Shown here: positions 1 through 8,918 of the stretch, piece by piece | Position numbering within the stretch: position 1 is the stretch's first letter | Layout: each line of letters begins with the position of its first letter | Assembly: GCA_048881705.1 (NCBI GenBank) | Contig: JBHLSH010000027.1 | Span: 1-41,562 of the forward strand | Origin: Candidatus Heimdallarchaeota archaeon | Lineage (GTDB): Archaea > Asgardarchaeota > Heimdallarchaeia > Hodarchaeales > Hodarchaeaceae | DNA: 41,562 nucleotides | Direction of reading: 5' to 3' | Translations under genes and position numbers: made by a program | The notes under the pieces: model-generated | The model's input: only the letters and a program-made list of their open reading frames with translations | Database searches by the model: none | What the model was told of the DNA's origin: nothing

Positions 1-700
1 GGGATATGAGATATTATACTTGAGAGAGTTGACTAACGCCCAGGAAATTCCCCCCACAATACGATATTGGACAATTCAGCAAGCACGATGGGCAAAAGGA
101 TTTACTCAGAATCTGAGGAAGAATTTCAGACTGTTTTGGCAAATGGCACCTCCGAAATCTCGAATTCAGGGAGTTTTGCATCTTACCCAATATTCGGTTC
201 CAGCATTAATTCTGATTAATACAACATCAGGGGCGTTATTGCTGTTTTTTTCCGAAATTCGTGATTTTTGGTTGGTATTTTTTGCTCTAGGTATGTTATT
301 CACCATTGCCAGCGCATGTGGTGCGATTTCCTATGCTATTGCCCTGATACGTGCCCAACGTCCTCGGTACTTCATTCTTTTGATTCCATTGTTCTTGTTT
401 TGGGGATCTGGACTGATCATCAGGATGGCTCTTGGAGCTATGGCAGGATTAGTTAAAAAAGGAGGAGAATTTATACGAACTCCAAAGTTTAATCTATTAG
501 GAGACAGAAGACCAGCAAACGAACGTATGCCCATCGATATAATTTTTTTTGCGGAATTTGGTTACGCGCTCATTCTCCTCGCAGGTACCTTCCAGGCTGT
601 TCACCTTGGCGGATCCTATCTAACTCTAGGATTGTATTACAGTTTTTTATTACTTGGTACGCTGAATTTAATTGTCTCTGAGTTGAGACATGCATTATAG
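1..700 (+). CDS. GT2 processive glycosyltransferase (cellulose-synthase-like), C-terminal part; gene is cut by the window start
   Basis: QQARW (QxxRW) motif preceded by E-I-P, followed by several TM helices; the frame is open back to base 2. Confidence 0.8.
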   Translation, partial: GYEILYLRELTNAQEIPPTIRYWTIQQARWAKGFTQNLRKNFRLFWQMAPPKSRIQGVLHLTQYSVPALILINTTSGALLLFFSEIRDFWLVFFALGMLFTIASACGAISYAIALIRAQRPRYFILLIPLFLFWGSGLIIRMALGAMAGLVKKGGEFIRTPKFNLLGDRRPANERMPIDIIFFAEFGYALILLAGTFQAVHLGGSYLTLGLYYSFLLLGTLNLIVSELRHAL

Positions 701-749
701 GAAAGTCCGGCACACGTATAAAGCAATCTACGTACAACTCCAAAAATCT

Positions 750-1169
750 TTACCTAAGACCCCGACAACCATGCTTTTCTGGTAGGCGATGTTCTGCACA
801 AAAATAATCGTTACAGTAACTGCAAGTAAACCCCATTAAGGCTGAAGTTCCGCAGAAAGTGCACATCCCTCCCATAATAGTTTTTTTTGACATTTTAGAG
901 GGAGGTATAACGTTTGCCTGGAACGAGGAAGCTTCTTCTAAGGAGCGATACCGTAGATACTGGGAGGATCGTGGCGAGTCAGTTTTGGCTGGAAAAATAA
1001 TGTAGGAATAGCCAATAAGACAGCTAGAGATGATTGTGATGATACCCAATACAAATAGCTTGGTGCTTAGATCTAGAGGAAGAAGCAACACAGCAGCTAT
1101 TCCGCCGCCCCCAAAAATTCCAAATAATACAAGAGTTCCACGTTCCTGGGGAGTGAGAAGGTACGTCAT
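750..1169 (-). CDS. Membrane protein with C-terminal AN1-type zinc finger
   Basis: CTFC..FTCSYCNDYFCAEHRLPEKHGC matches the zf-AN1 pattern; two N-terminal hydrophobic helices; ATG at 1169 overlaps the upstream stop (ATGA). Confidence 0.85.
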   Translation of the reverse strand: MTYLLTPQERGTLVLFGIFGGGGIAAVLLLPLDLSTKLFVLGIITIISSCLIGYSYIIFPAKTDSPRSSQYLRYRSLEEASSFQANVIPPSKMSKKTIMGGMCTFCGTSALMGFTCSYCNDYFCAEHRLPEKHGCRGLR

Positions 1170-1807
1170 CCCACTAGAACACCTCCAAGAATACCAAGCG
1201 GATGGAAGATCCATAAACAGGCTGCTATTGCGAAAATCACCCAATAGGTACCTGGGTGCCATTGGATCACCTTCGAGCCATCTAGCACCGAGAATGGGAG
1301 CAAATTAAACACTGCTAGGTCTAAAGAAAATTTACTGACGTAAATTAAGAGTAATGTCCACCCAGGGAATAGGATGGCTGCCAGAACTAAAAAAAGGCCG
1401 CCCATGATTAGGCTAACCAAAGGGCCAGCCAACGAAATTCGGGCGTCTTTTCCCCCATTATATCCCCCTGAGGATAAAACAACGCCTGGAGCAATAATTT
1501 TAAGTGGTAGAAGCACCGAAATAAGGGATATTAGGGCTAATTCGGGCAAAAATCGAAATCTTGACTTCAAATGATAGGTTTGTGCAACGAATTTGTGTCC
1601 TAATTCGTGAAAAGGAAAGAGTGGAATTGAAAGAATTCCCAAAATTAAAAGATCAAATACGGAGCTAAGCCACGAGTCAAAATCAGATATTAATAAGTCG
1701 ACAAACTTTAATGGGGATAAAAACAAAGAAGCTTCAACCAAAACGAATAAACCAGTGGCGAACATTAGTTCCTGTTTCTCTTTCGGGCTAAAAGAATATA
1801 GACCCAT
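1166..1807 (-). CDS. Site-2 protease (peptidase M50) intramembrane metalloprotease
   Basis: HELGH (HExxH) and FNLLPFSVLDG (NxxPxxxxDG) motifs; multi-TM. Confidence 0.92.
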   Translation of the reverse strand: MGLYSFSPKEKQELMFATGLFVLVEASLFLSPLKFVDLLISDFDSWLSSVFDLLILGILSIPLFPFHELGHKFVAQTYHLKSRFRFLPELALISLISVLLPLKIIAPGVVLSSGGYNGGKDARISLAGPLVSLIMGGLFLVLAAILFPGWTLLLIYVSKFSLDLAVFNLLPFSVLDGSKVIQWHPGTYWVIFAIAACLWIFHPLGILGGVLVG

Positions 1808-1828
1808 AACCTTAATATCCCTTATTCG

Positions 1829-2035
1829 TTAGACGCGTTTGTTTTGGTTGGAAATCTGATTTATAAGGTTCTCCCAGGTACCTAGCTCAGATTTAAGAAG
1901 TTCTTCAATTGCAACCCGTAAAAAATGACTTCTAGACTCATACGAGCCAATACGTACCATTTCATCAATAATCGTGAGGATACGGTCAGGTATCTTGATA
2001 CTCACATGTTTTTGGCGGGTAGTCTGGGTTGTCAT
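1829..2035 (-). CDS. Ribbon-helix-helix (CopG/Arc/MetJ) transcription regulator
   Basis: VSIKIP..ILTIIDEMV..G.YESRSHFLRVAIEELL is a typical RHH pattern. Confidence 0.88.
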   Translation of the reverse strand: MTTQTTRQKHVSIKIPDRILTIIDEMVRIGSYESRSHFLRVAIEELLKSELGTWENLINQISNQNKRV

Positions 2036-2222
2036 TATCGACTATTACACCCTCTTATTAGCTATGATACCCTCGGTACTGAATTTGATAAAGCTATTGC
2101 CTGAGTTAGTCTTTGCACTTGGGTTTCTGACTTGGAATTTGAACGAAGACAATCACGAATTTTTTTATTCCAAGCTATATATCCTTGACCAAGGCCTATT
2201 TATTCAAAATGAGTGCTTAGAA

Positions 2223-3479
2223 TTGAAAAGTATCCTAGTACTTGCTGCTGGTGTCGCTATAGGAGATTTGAATCAGGATCCGCCGGCCATTGTTGATTTC
2301 TTTAGGTTTGATCGTGAGGAAACACCTACGGAGGAGATCTTGGAACGCTTCCTCACGGATAATGACCAACGAATCCGGGAATCTCTAGTAATACCAGATG
2401 AAGAGATTATTACTGATAATTCCCATGTAATTAAGTTTTTACGACGATCAGGTTATGAGAAAGCGCGTTTCGCAAACCCTGGCGAGCTTGTACCAATTAG
2501 ATCGGCTATCCCCCAATATATGCAAACACAAATGCCAGCTACCTCACCTACAGACCTGATTCGGGAAAAAGCTTTAGCCCTGACACGTTCAAGGTTAAAA
2601 GAACGAATTGAAACAAGGGACAGGTTGCTCGCCCAAGCCATCAATAGTATGGATGATGCCAATGAAATTCTAAATTTAATATACTCGCGCCTGGTTGAAT
2701 GGTACGGGTTACATTTTCCAGAGCTGAAAGACCTGGTTCGGGACATTGACCAATATATCAAATTGGTAGCAGGGATTGGTAATGATCAGCGCTCCAAACT
2801 AGACAAGTCCGATCTTGACCATCTGTCCGACCGCAGGCAGGACCTCATTTTGGATGCTGCACATAATTCCTTAGGTTCTGAGATTTCAGAGTTTGATCTT
2901 CGCCCGATTTCGCAACTTGCGCAGTTTGGTGTCGAGATTATCAAAATTAAGGAATCACTTGTAGATTATATTGACAAGTGCATGGCCGAGGTTGCCCCAA
3001 ACATCCAAAGTTTGGTGGGATCAAACCTCGGAGCCCGTTTGATTTCCCTATCGGGAAGCCTTGAGAGCCTCGCGAAAAGCTCTTCTGGGACTATTCAAGT
3101 TCTTGGTGCTGAAAAAGCGTTGTTTCGTCATTTACGATCAGGGGAAGATCCACCCAAACATGGCGTGATTTTTCAATCTCCTTACATTCATACAGCAAAA
3201 TTACACCAAAGAGGAAAGATCGCTCGCAGCCTTGCTGGGAAGCTAAGCATAGCGGCCCGGGTCGATTATTTTAATGGAGAGTTCGTAGGCGATAACTTAC
3301 TTCAGGAGTTAGAAAAACGAATCGAAGAAATCAAAACTAGCTCTCCTCAACCTTCTGACCGCCAAATGTCCCGAAAACGGGAGAAAAAACGGAAACAAAG
3401 AAAATACAAAGGAAAATCGGAAAAAAAAGGATTTTCAAGAAAATCTGGACGAAAATCTAAACGGACACCCGGAAAGTAG
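2223..3479 (+). CDS. nop5: Box C/D snoRNP scaffold protein Nop5 (Nop56/58)
   Basis: WYGLHFPEL, TIQVLGAEKALFRHL, PKHGVIFQ, GKIARSLAGKLSIAARVD. True start is probably the TTG at 2223, because ORF-track residues upstream overlap the RHH gene. Confidence 0.95.
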   Translation: MKSILVLAAGVAIGDLNQDPPAIVDFFRFDREETPTEEILERFLTDNDQRIRESLVIPDEEIITDNSHVIKFLRRSGYEKARFANPGELVPIRSAIPQYMQTQMPATSPTDLIREKALALTRSRLKERIETRDRLLAQAINSMDDANEILNLIYSRLVEWYGLHFPELKDLVRDIDQYIKLVAGIGNDQRSKLDKSDLDHLSDRRQDLILDAAHNSLGSEISEFDLRPISQLAQFGVEIIKIKESLVDYIDKCMAEVAPNIQSLVGSNLGARLISLSGSLESLAKSSSGTIQVLGAEKALFRHLRSGEDPPKHGVIFQSPYIHTAKLHQRGKIARSLAGKLSIAARVDYFNGEFVGDNLLQELEKRIEEIKTSSPQPSDRQMSRKREKKRKQRKYKGKSEKKGFSRKSGRKSKRTPGK

Positions 3480-3507
3480 AAGATTAGAAGCGTAGATTGA
3501 TTGTGAG

Positions 3508-4191
3508 ATGAAACTAGAAGAGACAAGAATCAAGGGAGTTTATTCGGTCAAAAGAGATCAGAAAACCCGATTTATCACTCGTAACTATGTCCCCGGTGTT
3601 TCCGTTTATGGTGAACCCCTTCTCGATATCGATAACTCCGAGTATAGGATATGGGATCCTCATCGATCTAAATTCGCCGCTGCCCTTGCTTCTGGAATGA
3701 AGAAACTTCCACAGATTCGAAACAAAAGCATTCTCTATCTCGGGGTGTCAACGGGAACTACTGCATCACATTTTTCAGATGCCATAATACCTGGAGGTAT
3801 CGTGTATGGAGTTGAATTCGCCGTCAAAGCTATGCGTCGATTTACAAGATTAGCCGAACAACGTCCTAATTTAATTCCGATCTTGGCGGATGCGCGCAAT
3901 CCAGGCGAGTATTCCATGTTTGTATTTGAAGCTGATCTAATCTACCAGGATCTTTCCCAGCCCGAACAGGCCAGTATATTTGGAAGAAATGTCATTGAAT
4001 ATTTGAAGCCCCAGGGTGTAGGGATTCTTGCTTTAAAATCCCAGAGTATTAATGTGGCTATCGAACCCGATGAAGTTTTCTCTCAGCAAATGGCCGAATT
4101 GGAACAACGTTTTGGGCTAGAAATCATGGAATATATATCCATTGATAAGTTTGCAAAGAAGCATGCCATGGTTGTGGTAAGAAACCCGTAG
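3508..4191 (+). CDS. flpA: Fibrillarin-like rRNA/tRNA 2'-O-methyltransferase
   Basis: YRIWDPHRSKFAAA, LYLGVSTGTTASH, PNLIPILADAR, directly downstream of nop5. Confidence 0.96.
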   Translation: MKLEETRIKGVYSVKRDQKTRFITRNYVPGVSVYGEPLLDIDNSEYRIWDPHRSKFAAALASGMKKLPQIRNKSILYLGVSTGTTASHFSDAIIPGGIVYGVEFAVKAMRRFTRLAEQRPNLIPILADARNPGEYSMFVFEADLIYQDLSQPEQASIFGRNVIEYLKPQGVGILALKSQSINVAIEPDEVFSQQMAELEQRFGLEIMEYISIDKFAKKHAMVVVRNP

Positions 4192-4203
4192 CTTAATTAT
4201 GGG

Positions 4204-4563
4204 TTAGCCATAATCCCTCCAAGTAAAGCCGCACTTCTTGCATCGGTAAAATGTAGTCGATGCTTCATCTCCGCTCCGCGTTTGAACCTGCCAGTATACC
4301 GCTTTGGTATGACCGCACTTCTGGCAGCTCACAGCTGCCGTAGGCATAGTCTCAACGGCGTTAGCGTCGTCGATAACGACCATCATCTCCTTTTCAGAAT
4401 CATGTCGGATTTTTTGCCTGATCTCAAAAGCCTCAGAGTTATTATCCGAATCTGTCCCAATAGTTTTTCCGCAGGCGGGACAACGCATAATAATCGTTCC
4501 ATCATCCTGTTTAACTGGAACTAGTAGGGCACCACAATCGCAAAAGCTCACTTTTTCCGCCAC
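4204..4563 (-). CDS. tfs: Transcription factor S (TFS/RpoM)
   Basis: Two zinc ribbons; QTRSGDEASTTFYRCKKC with the acidic DE hairpin. Confidence 0.93.
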   Translation of the reverse strand: MAEKVSFCDCGALLVPVKQDDGTIIMRCPACGKTIGTDSDNNSEAFEIRQKIRHDSEKEMMVVIDDANAVETMPTAAVSCQKCGHTKAVYWQVQTRSGDEASTTFYRCKKCGFTWRDYG

Positions 4564-4698
4564 ACTCTTTACTCAAAGGCAGGTTTTGCCAGATTTGGTT
4601 GATTTATTTAAGGTGCTTGATTTGAAAAACAGTAAAACAAAAAACGGATTACGATAAATCAAAAGGTAGATTGCTCAAAAAGCCTTAGGGGCACTAAA

Positions 4699-5007
4699 AT
4701 GCGAAGAAAAACCTTAGTTCCTTATGGAGAAACTACGATACTGGCCCTCAAGAATATGGCTAGTGAAACAGATTTTCGATTGATTGCGAAAATCAAGGAA
4801 ATTCGGGAAGGGATTCTGCTCCTTACTGATGATCACGAAGAGATTGATATTTCCGTAGAGGGTATAGAACTCCCTGATCTTGAAGTAGGTAATGTCGTGA
4901 TAGTTTTCGGGAAAAAGACGAGTTCAGGAATCTTAGGATCACAAATTCTTTGGTCAAATCTTGATTGGAAGCTATATACTGAAACACGGGAGCTAGAATC
5001 TCATTAA
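4699..5007 (+). CDS. Small OB-fold protein resembling RPA14/RPA3
   Basis: RRK N-terminus, RLIAKI, LTDD, LEVGNVVIVFGK and terminal helix ETRELE recall Thermococcales RPA14 (from memory). Confidence 0.6.
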   Translation: MRRKTLVPYGETTILALKNMASETDFRLIAKIKEIREGILLLTDDHEEIDISVEGIELPDLEVGNVVIVFGKKTSSGILGSQILWSNLDWKLYTETRELESH

Positions 5008-5354
5008 CCTAAGTTATATCGACGTCCGAGAAAGATACGAATTATTCTCTATTTCCTCCGCATCATAAAACGATAATGACCCTAAGCCGATGTTGTTTGG
5101 AGAACCGTCAGAGGAACTATTGAATTCAGAGGGGAAATAGGTTTTCAAAGAATACATTTATCACAACAAAGAATTTTCGCAAGTTAACGAGCATTTTTTG
5201 CCAATGTCAACTAGACTGACCATGTAATTAAATAAAACAGTGACTTAGTTGAGTCATTGCTCCTATCGAAGATGTACTGACATCATCGAAGAAACATGGT
5301 GGAGATCGATCTGTATTCTAGTGACATTCCCTCTCTGCCTTTGGAGGATCTCTT

Positions 5355-5807
5355 ATGAGCCTCGCTGGAGTTGCCAAACGAAACTATCAAAAAGAAATAA
5401 CAGCATTCACCAATAGACGGGTTGCTATTGTACTCAAAAACGGGAAAAAGTATACGGGGGAACTCAAAGGTATTAATCCAGAAACTCTTACTACCGTTCT
5501 CATTAAGGCCAAACGTGATGATGAAGCCACTGAGATTCATCGTATTTGCTTGAATGGAGATCAGTTGGCCGAAATTTATCTTGAAGAAGCTCCATTTGAC
5601 CTTCTTGGATTAAAAGAGGAATTGGAACAGATATTCCGTCGACCTGGAGACGTCAAATTGTTCGAAGAAGCCGGCCTATTGGTCATTCTAGAACGAGTCA
5701 AGGTATCGGAGAGCGGTGTAGAAGGAGCTGGGCCTGTAGCCGATCGAGTTCGCGCCATTTATAATCGATATGCTAGTATGAGAGAAGAAGAAAAAGATGA
5801 GGGTTGA
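5355..5807 (+). CDS. Sm-like protein with C-terminal extension (SmAP3 type)
   Basis: Sm1 motif VAIVLKNGKKYTGELKG, Sm2-like ICLNGDQLAEI, C-terminal domain ending VKVSESGVEGAGPVADRV. Confidence 0.88.
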   Translation: MSLAGVAKRNYQKEITAFTNRRVAIVLKNGKKYTGELKGINPETLTTVLIKAKRDDEATEIHRICLNGDQLAEIYLEEAPFDLLGLKEELEQIFRRPGDVKLFEEAGLLVILERVKVSESGVEGAGPVADRVRAIYNRYASMREEEKDEG

Positions 5808-5810
5808 CTA

Positions 5811-6179
5811 ATGATTATCAAGGCTGAACGTATGCGGATAGAAGAAGATCTCGACAATGGCCTTTGGATTGTCGATTTCCGGGACGAGGACGATACTGGA
5901 CTACGTGGGCGGATAGAAATTCCGACAATGCTAGCTAGTGATTTTGCGGATCTTAAGAAATTTCAAATTGAAGTCCTAGCTGAGCAAGATATGGCCGAAA
6001 AGCCTGATTATACTGGAGTTCGCATTGGTTACAATACCACTAGTTTTCGCGTGAAACCTACTGCAGAAGAACGAATCTACTCGTTTTCTGCCGGTGGTTT
6101 AATGCTTCGAGTGTTCTCTCGAACGCCAATCAAGGAATTACGGCCTGCCTTGCGGAAATTTGTCGTTCTTGTCCGTTGA
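5811..6179 (+). CDS. rpo8: RNA polymerase subunit Rpo8 (RpoG; RPB8 homologue)
   Basis: SFSAGGLMLRV resembles the RPB8 YVSFGGLLMRL signature; size fits; adjacent to the SmAP3 gene as in Crenarchaeota. Confidence 0.75.
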   Translation: MIIKAERMRIEEDLDNGLWIVDFRDEDDTGLRGRIEIPTMLASDFADLKKFQIEVLAEQDMAEKPDYTGVRIGYNTTSFRVKPTAEERIYSFSAGGLMLRVFSRTPIKELRPALRKFVVLVR

Positions 6180-6203
6180 AAATAGAAAACACCATTCACT
6201 GTA

Positions 6204-6333
6204 TGGTGCGGGGAGAGGGATTTGAACCCTCGAACGCCTATGCGAATAGATAGCTCAGTATTCAAGAATATTCCTAAACATTCTTGATTAACTCTTGAGT
6301 CTATCCCCGTTGACCAGGCTAGGGAATCCCCGC
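6204..6333 (-). tRNA. tRNA-Leu(CAA) with 42-nt intron at 37/38 (6252-6293); CCA encoded
   Basis: GCGGGGA..TCCCCGC-ACCA acceptor, ATAGA/TCTAT anticodon stem, CT-CAA-G loop, GTTCAAATCC; BHB central helix CTCA/TGAG. Confidence 0.95.
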
Positions 6334-6381
6334 AGGGATAATCGGCATCCAGCACCCGATACGACTTTAGATGTTACATTA

Positions 6382-6498
6382 TGCGGGGGGAGGGATTTTC
6401 AGCATCGAAACCTACTGGATTCGAGCATTTGAACCCTCGAACGCCTATGCGACTAGGCCCTCAACCTAGCTCCTTTGACCTGGCTGGGAAACCCCCGC
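6382..6498 (-). tRNA. tRNA-Leu(GAG) with 32-nt non-canonical T-loop intron at 59/60 (6396-6427)
   Basis: GCGGGGG..CCCCCGC-A acceptor, CTAGG/CCTAG stem with TT-GAG-GG loop; TTCAAA|intron|TCCC with BHB TTCA/TGAA and two AAT bulges. Confidence 0.92.
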
Positions 6499-6938
6499 TA
6501 ATGGGATGCCTCGGGGTTGCTATCGTTGTCCTTTCTTGAGTTTTTTCTCCTTTTTATGTTATTTCTTGGATTTTAGGGGAAAAAGAAAAAGTTTTCCCTT
6601 CCACAACTCCCAACTGGTTATCTGGACTGAAAGTTTTCCTTATGTGTTTTTTGCGGCTCCATAGTCCACAGTGCTTACAACTGATGATACTCAATTGGAA
6701 CATCCCATTTGAATTATATTGGCTGCGTCAAATTAGTTCAATAGTATATTCCTTGAATAATATCAGCAAGCAGAAAAAATAAAGTCATCATCTGTAAAAG
6801 ATTCAGAATTACCTATCTACTATGGTTTGATACATGCGCGATTTCTCGGCAATTATGCCTCAATAGTCATTAAATACCCGAGGGAATAACACCAGCTTAC
6901 AGGAGTGCTAGAAAGAGACTACGAGTGTTATGGTGTAG

Positions 6939-7682
6939 CTAACGTCTCACACGGCCTTTCCGTGGCCCCGTCCGACGCGCCGCAATCAAACCTACTTTTC
7001 TGCCAGGAGGTGCATGACGTGAAACAGTAGTGGGCTGACCAGGACCTTGATGTGCACCCCCGCCATGCGGATGGGAGACGATATTCATAGCTACGCCTCG
7101 TACTTTGGGAAATGCTTTGTGCCCTTTGGCGCGCATAAAAGCACGTTTGACCCCTGCCTTGAGAAATGGGCGATCTGGGCGTCCTCCACCTGCAATCATC
7201 CCAATCATGGCTCTTGCATTATTATGAACCGTCCGAGTTCGGCGAGAGGGTAGCTGGATAGTGGTTCCACCGGGAGATTGTCCTCGGATCAGTGCATGAG
7301 TGCCTGAAGACCGACAAAGGGCGCCACCATCTCCAGGTCGCATTTCAACATTACAGATCCAAGTTCCTTCAGGTATATTATTGACAGGAAGAATATTACC
7401 GATTTCAAGGGGTGCTTTGGTTCCTTGGGCACATACTTGTCCAACATGAACACCTTCAGGCGCAGGAAGGAAACATTCATTACCATCCTCGTATTGGACA
7501 AGCATAAGAGGGGTACCACGTCCAGGTTCGTGGATAAAATTGATTATGGTGAAATTAATTCGATCCTCTGTTTCGTTTTCTTTGACGGGAAGATATCTAG
7601 CTCTTCCACGTTTTCGATGGGAGAGAGATCGGAAGACAGGTGAGCCACGTCCCCGGCGTTGAACTAAGATTTTTTTTCCCAT
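6939..7682 (-). CDS. rpl2: 50S ribosomal protein uL2
   Basis: MGKKILVQRRGRGS, IHEPGRG, PKVRGVAMNIVSHPHGGG. Confidence 0.98.
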   Translation of the reverse strand: MGKKILVQRRGRGSPVFRSLSHRKRGRARYLPVKENETEDRINFTIINFIHEPGRGTPLMLVQYEDGNECFLPAPEGVHVGQVCAQGTKAPLEIGNILPVNNIPEGTWICNVEMRPGDGGALCRSSGTHALIRGQSPGGTTIQLPSRRTRTVHNNARAMIGMIAGGGRPDRPFLKAGVKRAFMRAKGHKAFPKVRGVAMNIVSHPHGGGAHQGPGQPTTVSRHAPPGRKVGLIAARRTGPRKGRVRR

Positions 7683-7770
7683 TCAGTCCACGTTCCATTA
7701 ATATCTTTGATTACGAGGGGTAACCATCTTCATATTGATAAGATTCTGATGATCTTGAGAAGATCTAAAT

Positions 7771-8067
7771 TTAGATAATTCCGACCTCTGTTGCCAGATC
7801 CAGGGCACTAAATTCAGATGTGAGTTTAATAAATGCTTTCTTCTTTCCTTGTGGCGTAATCAAGGTGTTAACCTTGGCAACTTCTACCTCATAGAGTTTT
7901 TCAAAGGCTTGCTTAATTTCATGTTTGGTTGCACGGCGATCTACAATGAAGACTAGGGCATTTTCATTGACATCATCCATTTTATTAAATGCCGCCTCCG
8001 TTATTAACGGATATTTCACAACATCATGAGGATCTCTGTATTTCAAGTTTGCACGTTCCGTTTTCAA
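7771..8067 (-). CDS. rpl23: 50S ribosomal protein uL23
   Basis: YPLITE, LVFIVDRRATKHEIK, KVNTLITPQGKKKAFIKL. Confidence 0.97.
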   Translation of the reverse strand: MKTERANLKYRDPHDVVKYPLITEAAFNKMDDVNENALVFIVDRRATKHEIKQAFEKLYEVEVAKVNTLITPQGKKKAFIKLTSEFSALDLATEVGII

Positions 8068-8089
8068 GAGTTTGTACTTAAATCAACCT

Positions 8090-8893
8090 TTAAGACCTGT
8101 CGGACGTCTCGCGAGATTTAAGACTGTCGATGGCAGAAACTGTCCAGAGAGTTAACCGACCTGGATGAGTACCTGGAGCTAGGTGCTCTACGTTCAATTG
8201 GTCGACTTGGACAATATCCACCCCCGGAAGATTTCTGCCCGCTAAACGAATGCCTTGGTCATTACCAATTACAACCAATACGGATTTTCCACGTTTATAT
8301 TTTCTACCACGCCGTTTTCCTTTTCCTGCTCGGATTTGTGAACTTCGTCGTTTTGCTTTGGCGATATCGAAGGAAAGCCCAAGGTTAGAAAGGGCTTGTT
8401 GAACTTCTCGGGTTCTTGTAATCGTTTCTAGGTCATTGGACACCACGAGGGGAAGAGATTTGATTTCCTCAATAATATGCCCCCGTGATTCTACAAGCAT
8501 GACATTTCCAGTTGCTGCTATGGCGGAATCCCTTGCTAGTTGACGTTCCTTTTTATTAACTTTTTCACTCAAGTTTTTGTTTCCATTGGGCGGATGCGTT
8601 CGTCTTCCACCTACTGTAAAGGGTGCAAAGGCACCTCTGCTTGCCGAATGGGTACGTGAACCTTTTACTCTTGGAACTCTTGCCGCTCCACGCCCTGGGC
8701 CCCAGCTTTCAGCAGTAGTACGTTTACCGGCCCGAGGATCAACTCCATGAGGTACCTGTCGATTGCGTCTACTAGCAAGAACAGCTCGTTTAATTATGTC
8801 AGGTCGAAAAGGCGTGAAAAAGACATTTCCCAGCCCGATTTTATCGATCTCTTTGCCCTTCAGATCAAACACAGGAACTTCGGTTTTCTTCAT
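8090..8893 (-). CDS. rpl4: 50S ribosomal protein uL4
   Basis: AESWGPGRGAARVPRV, GGRRTHPP, LAPGTHPGRLTLWT; likely ATG start at 8893. Confidence 0.97.
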   Translation of the reverse strand: MKKTEVPVFDLKGKEIDKIGLGNVFFTPFRPDIIKRAVLASRRNRQVPHGVDPRAGKRTTAESWGPGRGAARVPRVKGSRTHSASRGAFAPFTVGGRRTHPPNGNKNLSEKVNKKERQLARDSAIAATGNVMLVESRGHIIEEIKSLPLVVSNDLETITRTREVQQALSNLGLSFDIAKAKRRSSQIRAGKGKRRGRKYKRGKSVLVVIGNDQGIRLAGRNLPGVDIVQVDQLNVEHLAPGTHPGRLTLWTVSAIDSLKSRETSDRS

Positions 8894-8918
8894 TTCGATC
8901 ACAACTGGGAGAACAGAT

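Noticed and set aside
700-710. GGAAAGTCCGG resembling RNase P RNA conserved region I
   Set aside because: Only about 50 nt of intergenic space between convergent genes, and no downstream RNase P elements
1974-2222. N-terminal 83 aa of the ORF-track Nop5 and upstream extensions of rpl4, rps4, radical SAM and AN1 ORFs
   Set aside because: Longest-ORF artefacts that overlap neighbouring genes; homology begins at downstream starts
5014-5157. 47-aa minus-strand ORF MYSLKTYFPSEF...
   Set aside because: Ser/Asn-rich with no family resemblance; possibly real but unsupported
6554-6703. 49-aa minus-strand ORF with a single CKHC
   Set aside because: Only one CxxC pair and it matches no small ribosomal zinc-finger protein I know
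6720-6795. Possible box C/D sRNA (minus-strand ATGATGA followed by CTGA)
   Set aside because: No convincing terminal D box, C' box or terminal stem, and no guide target identified
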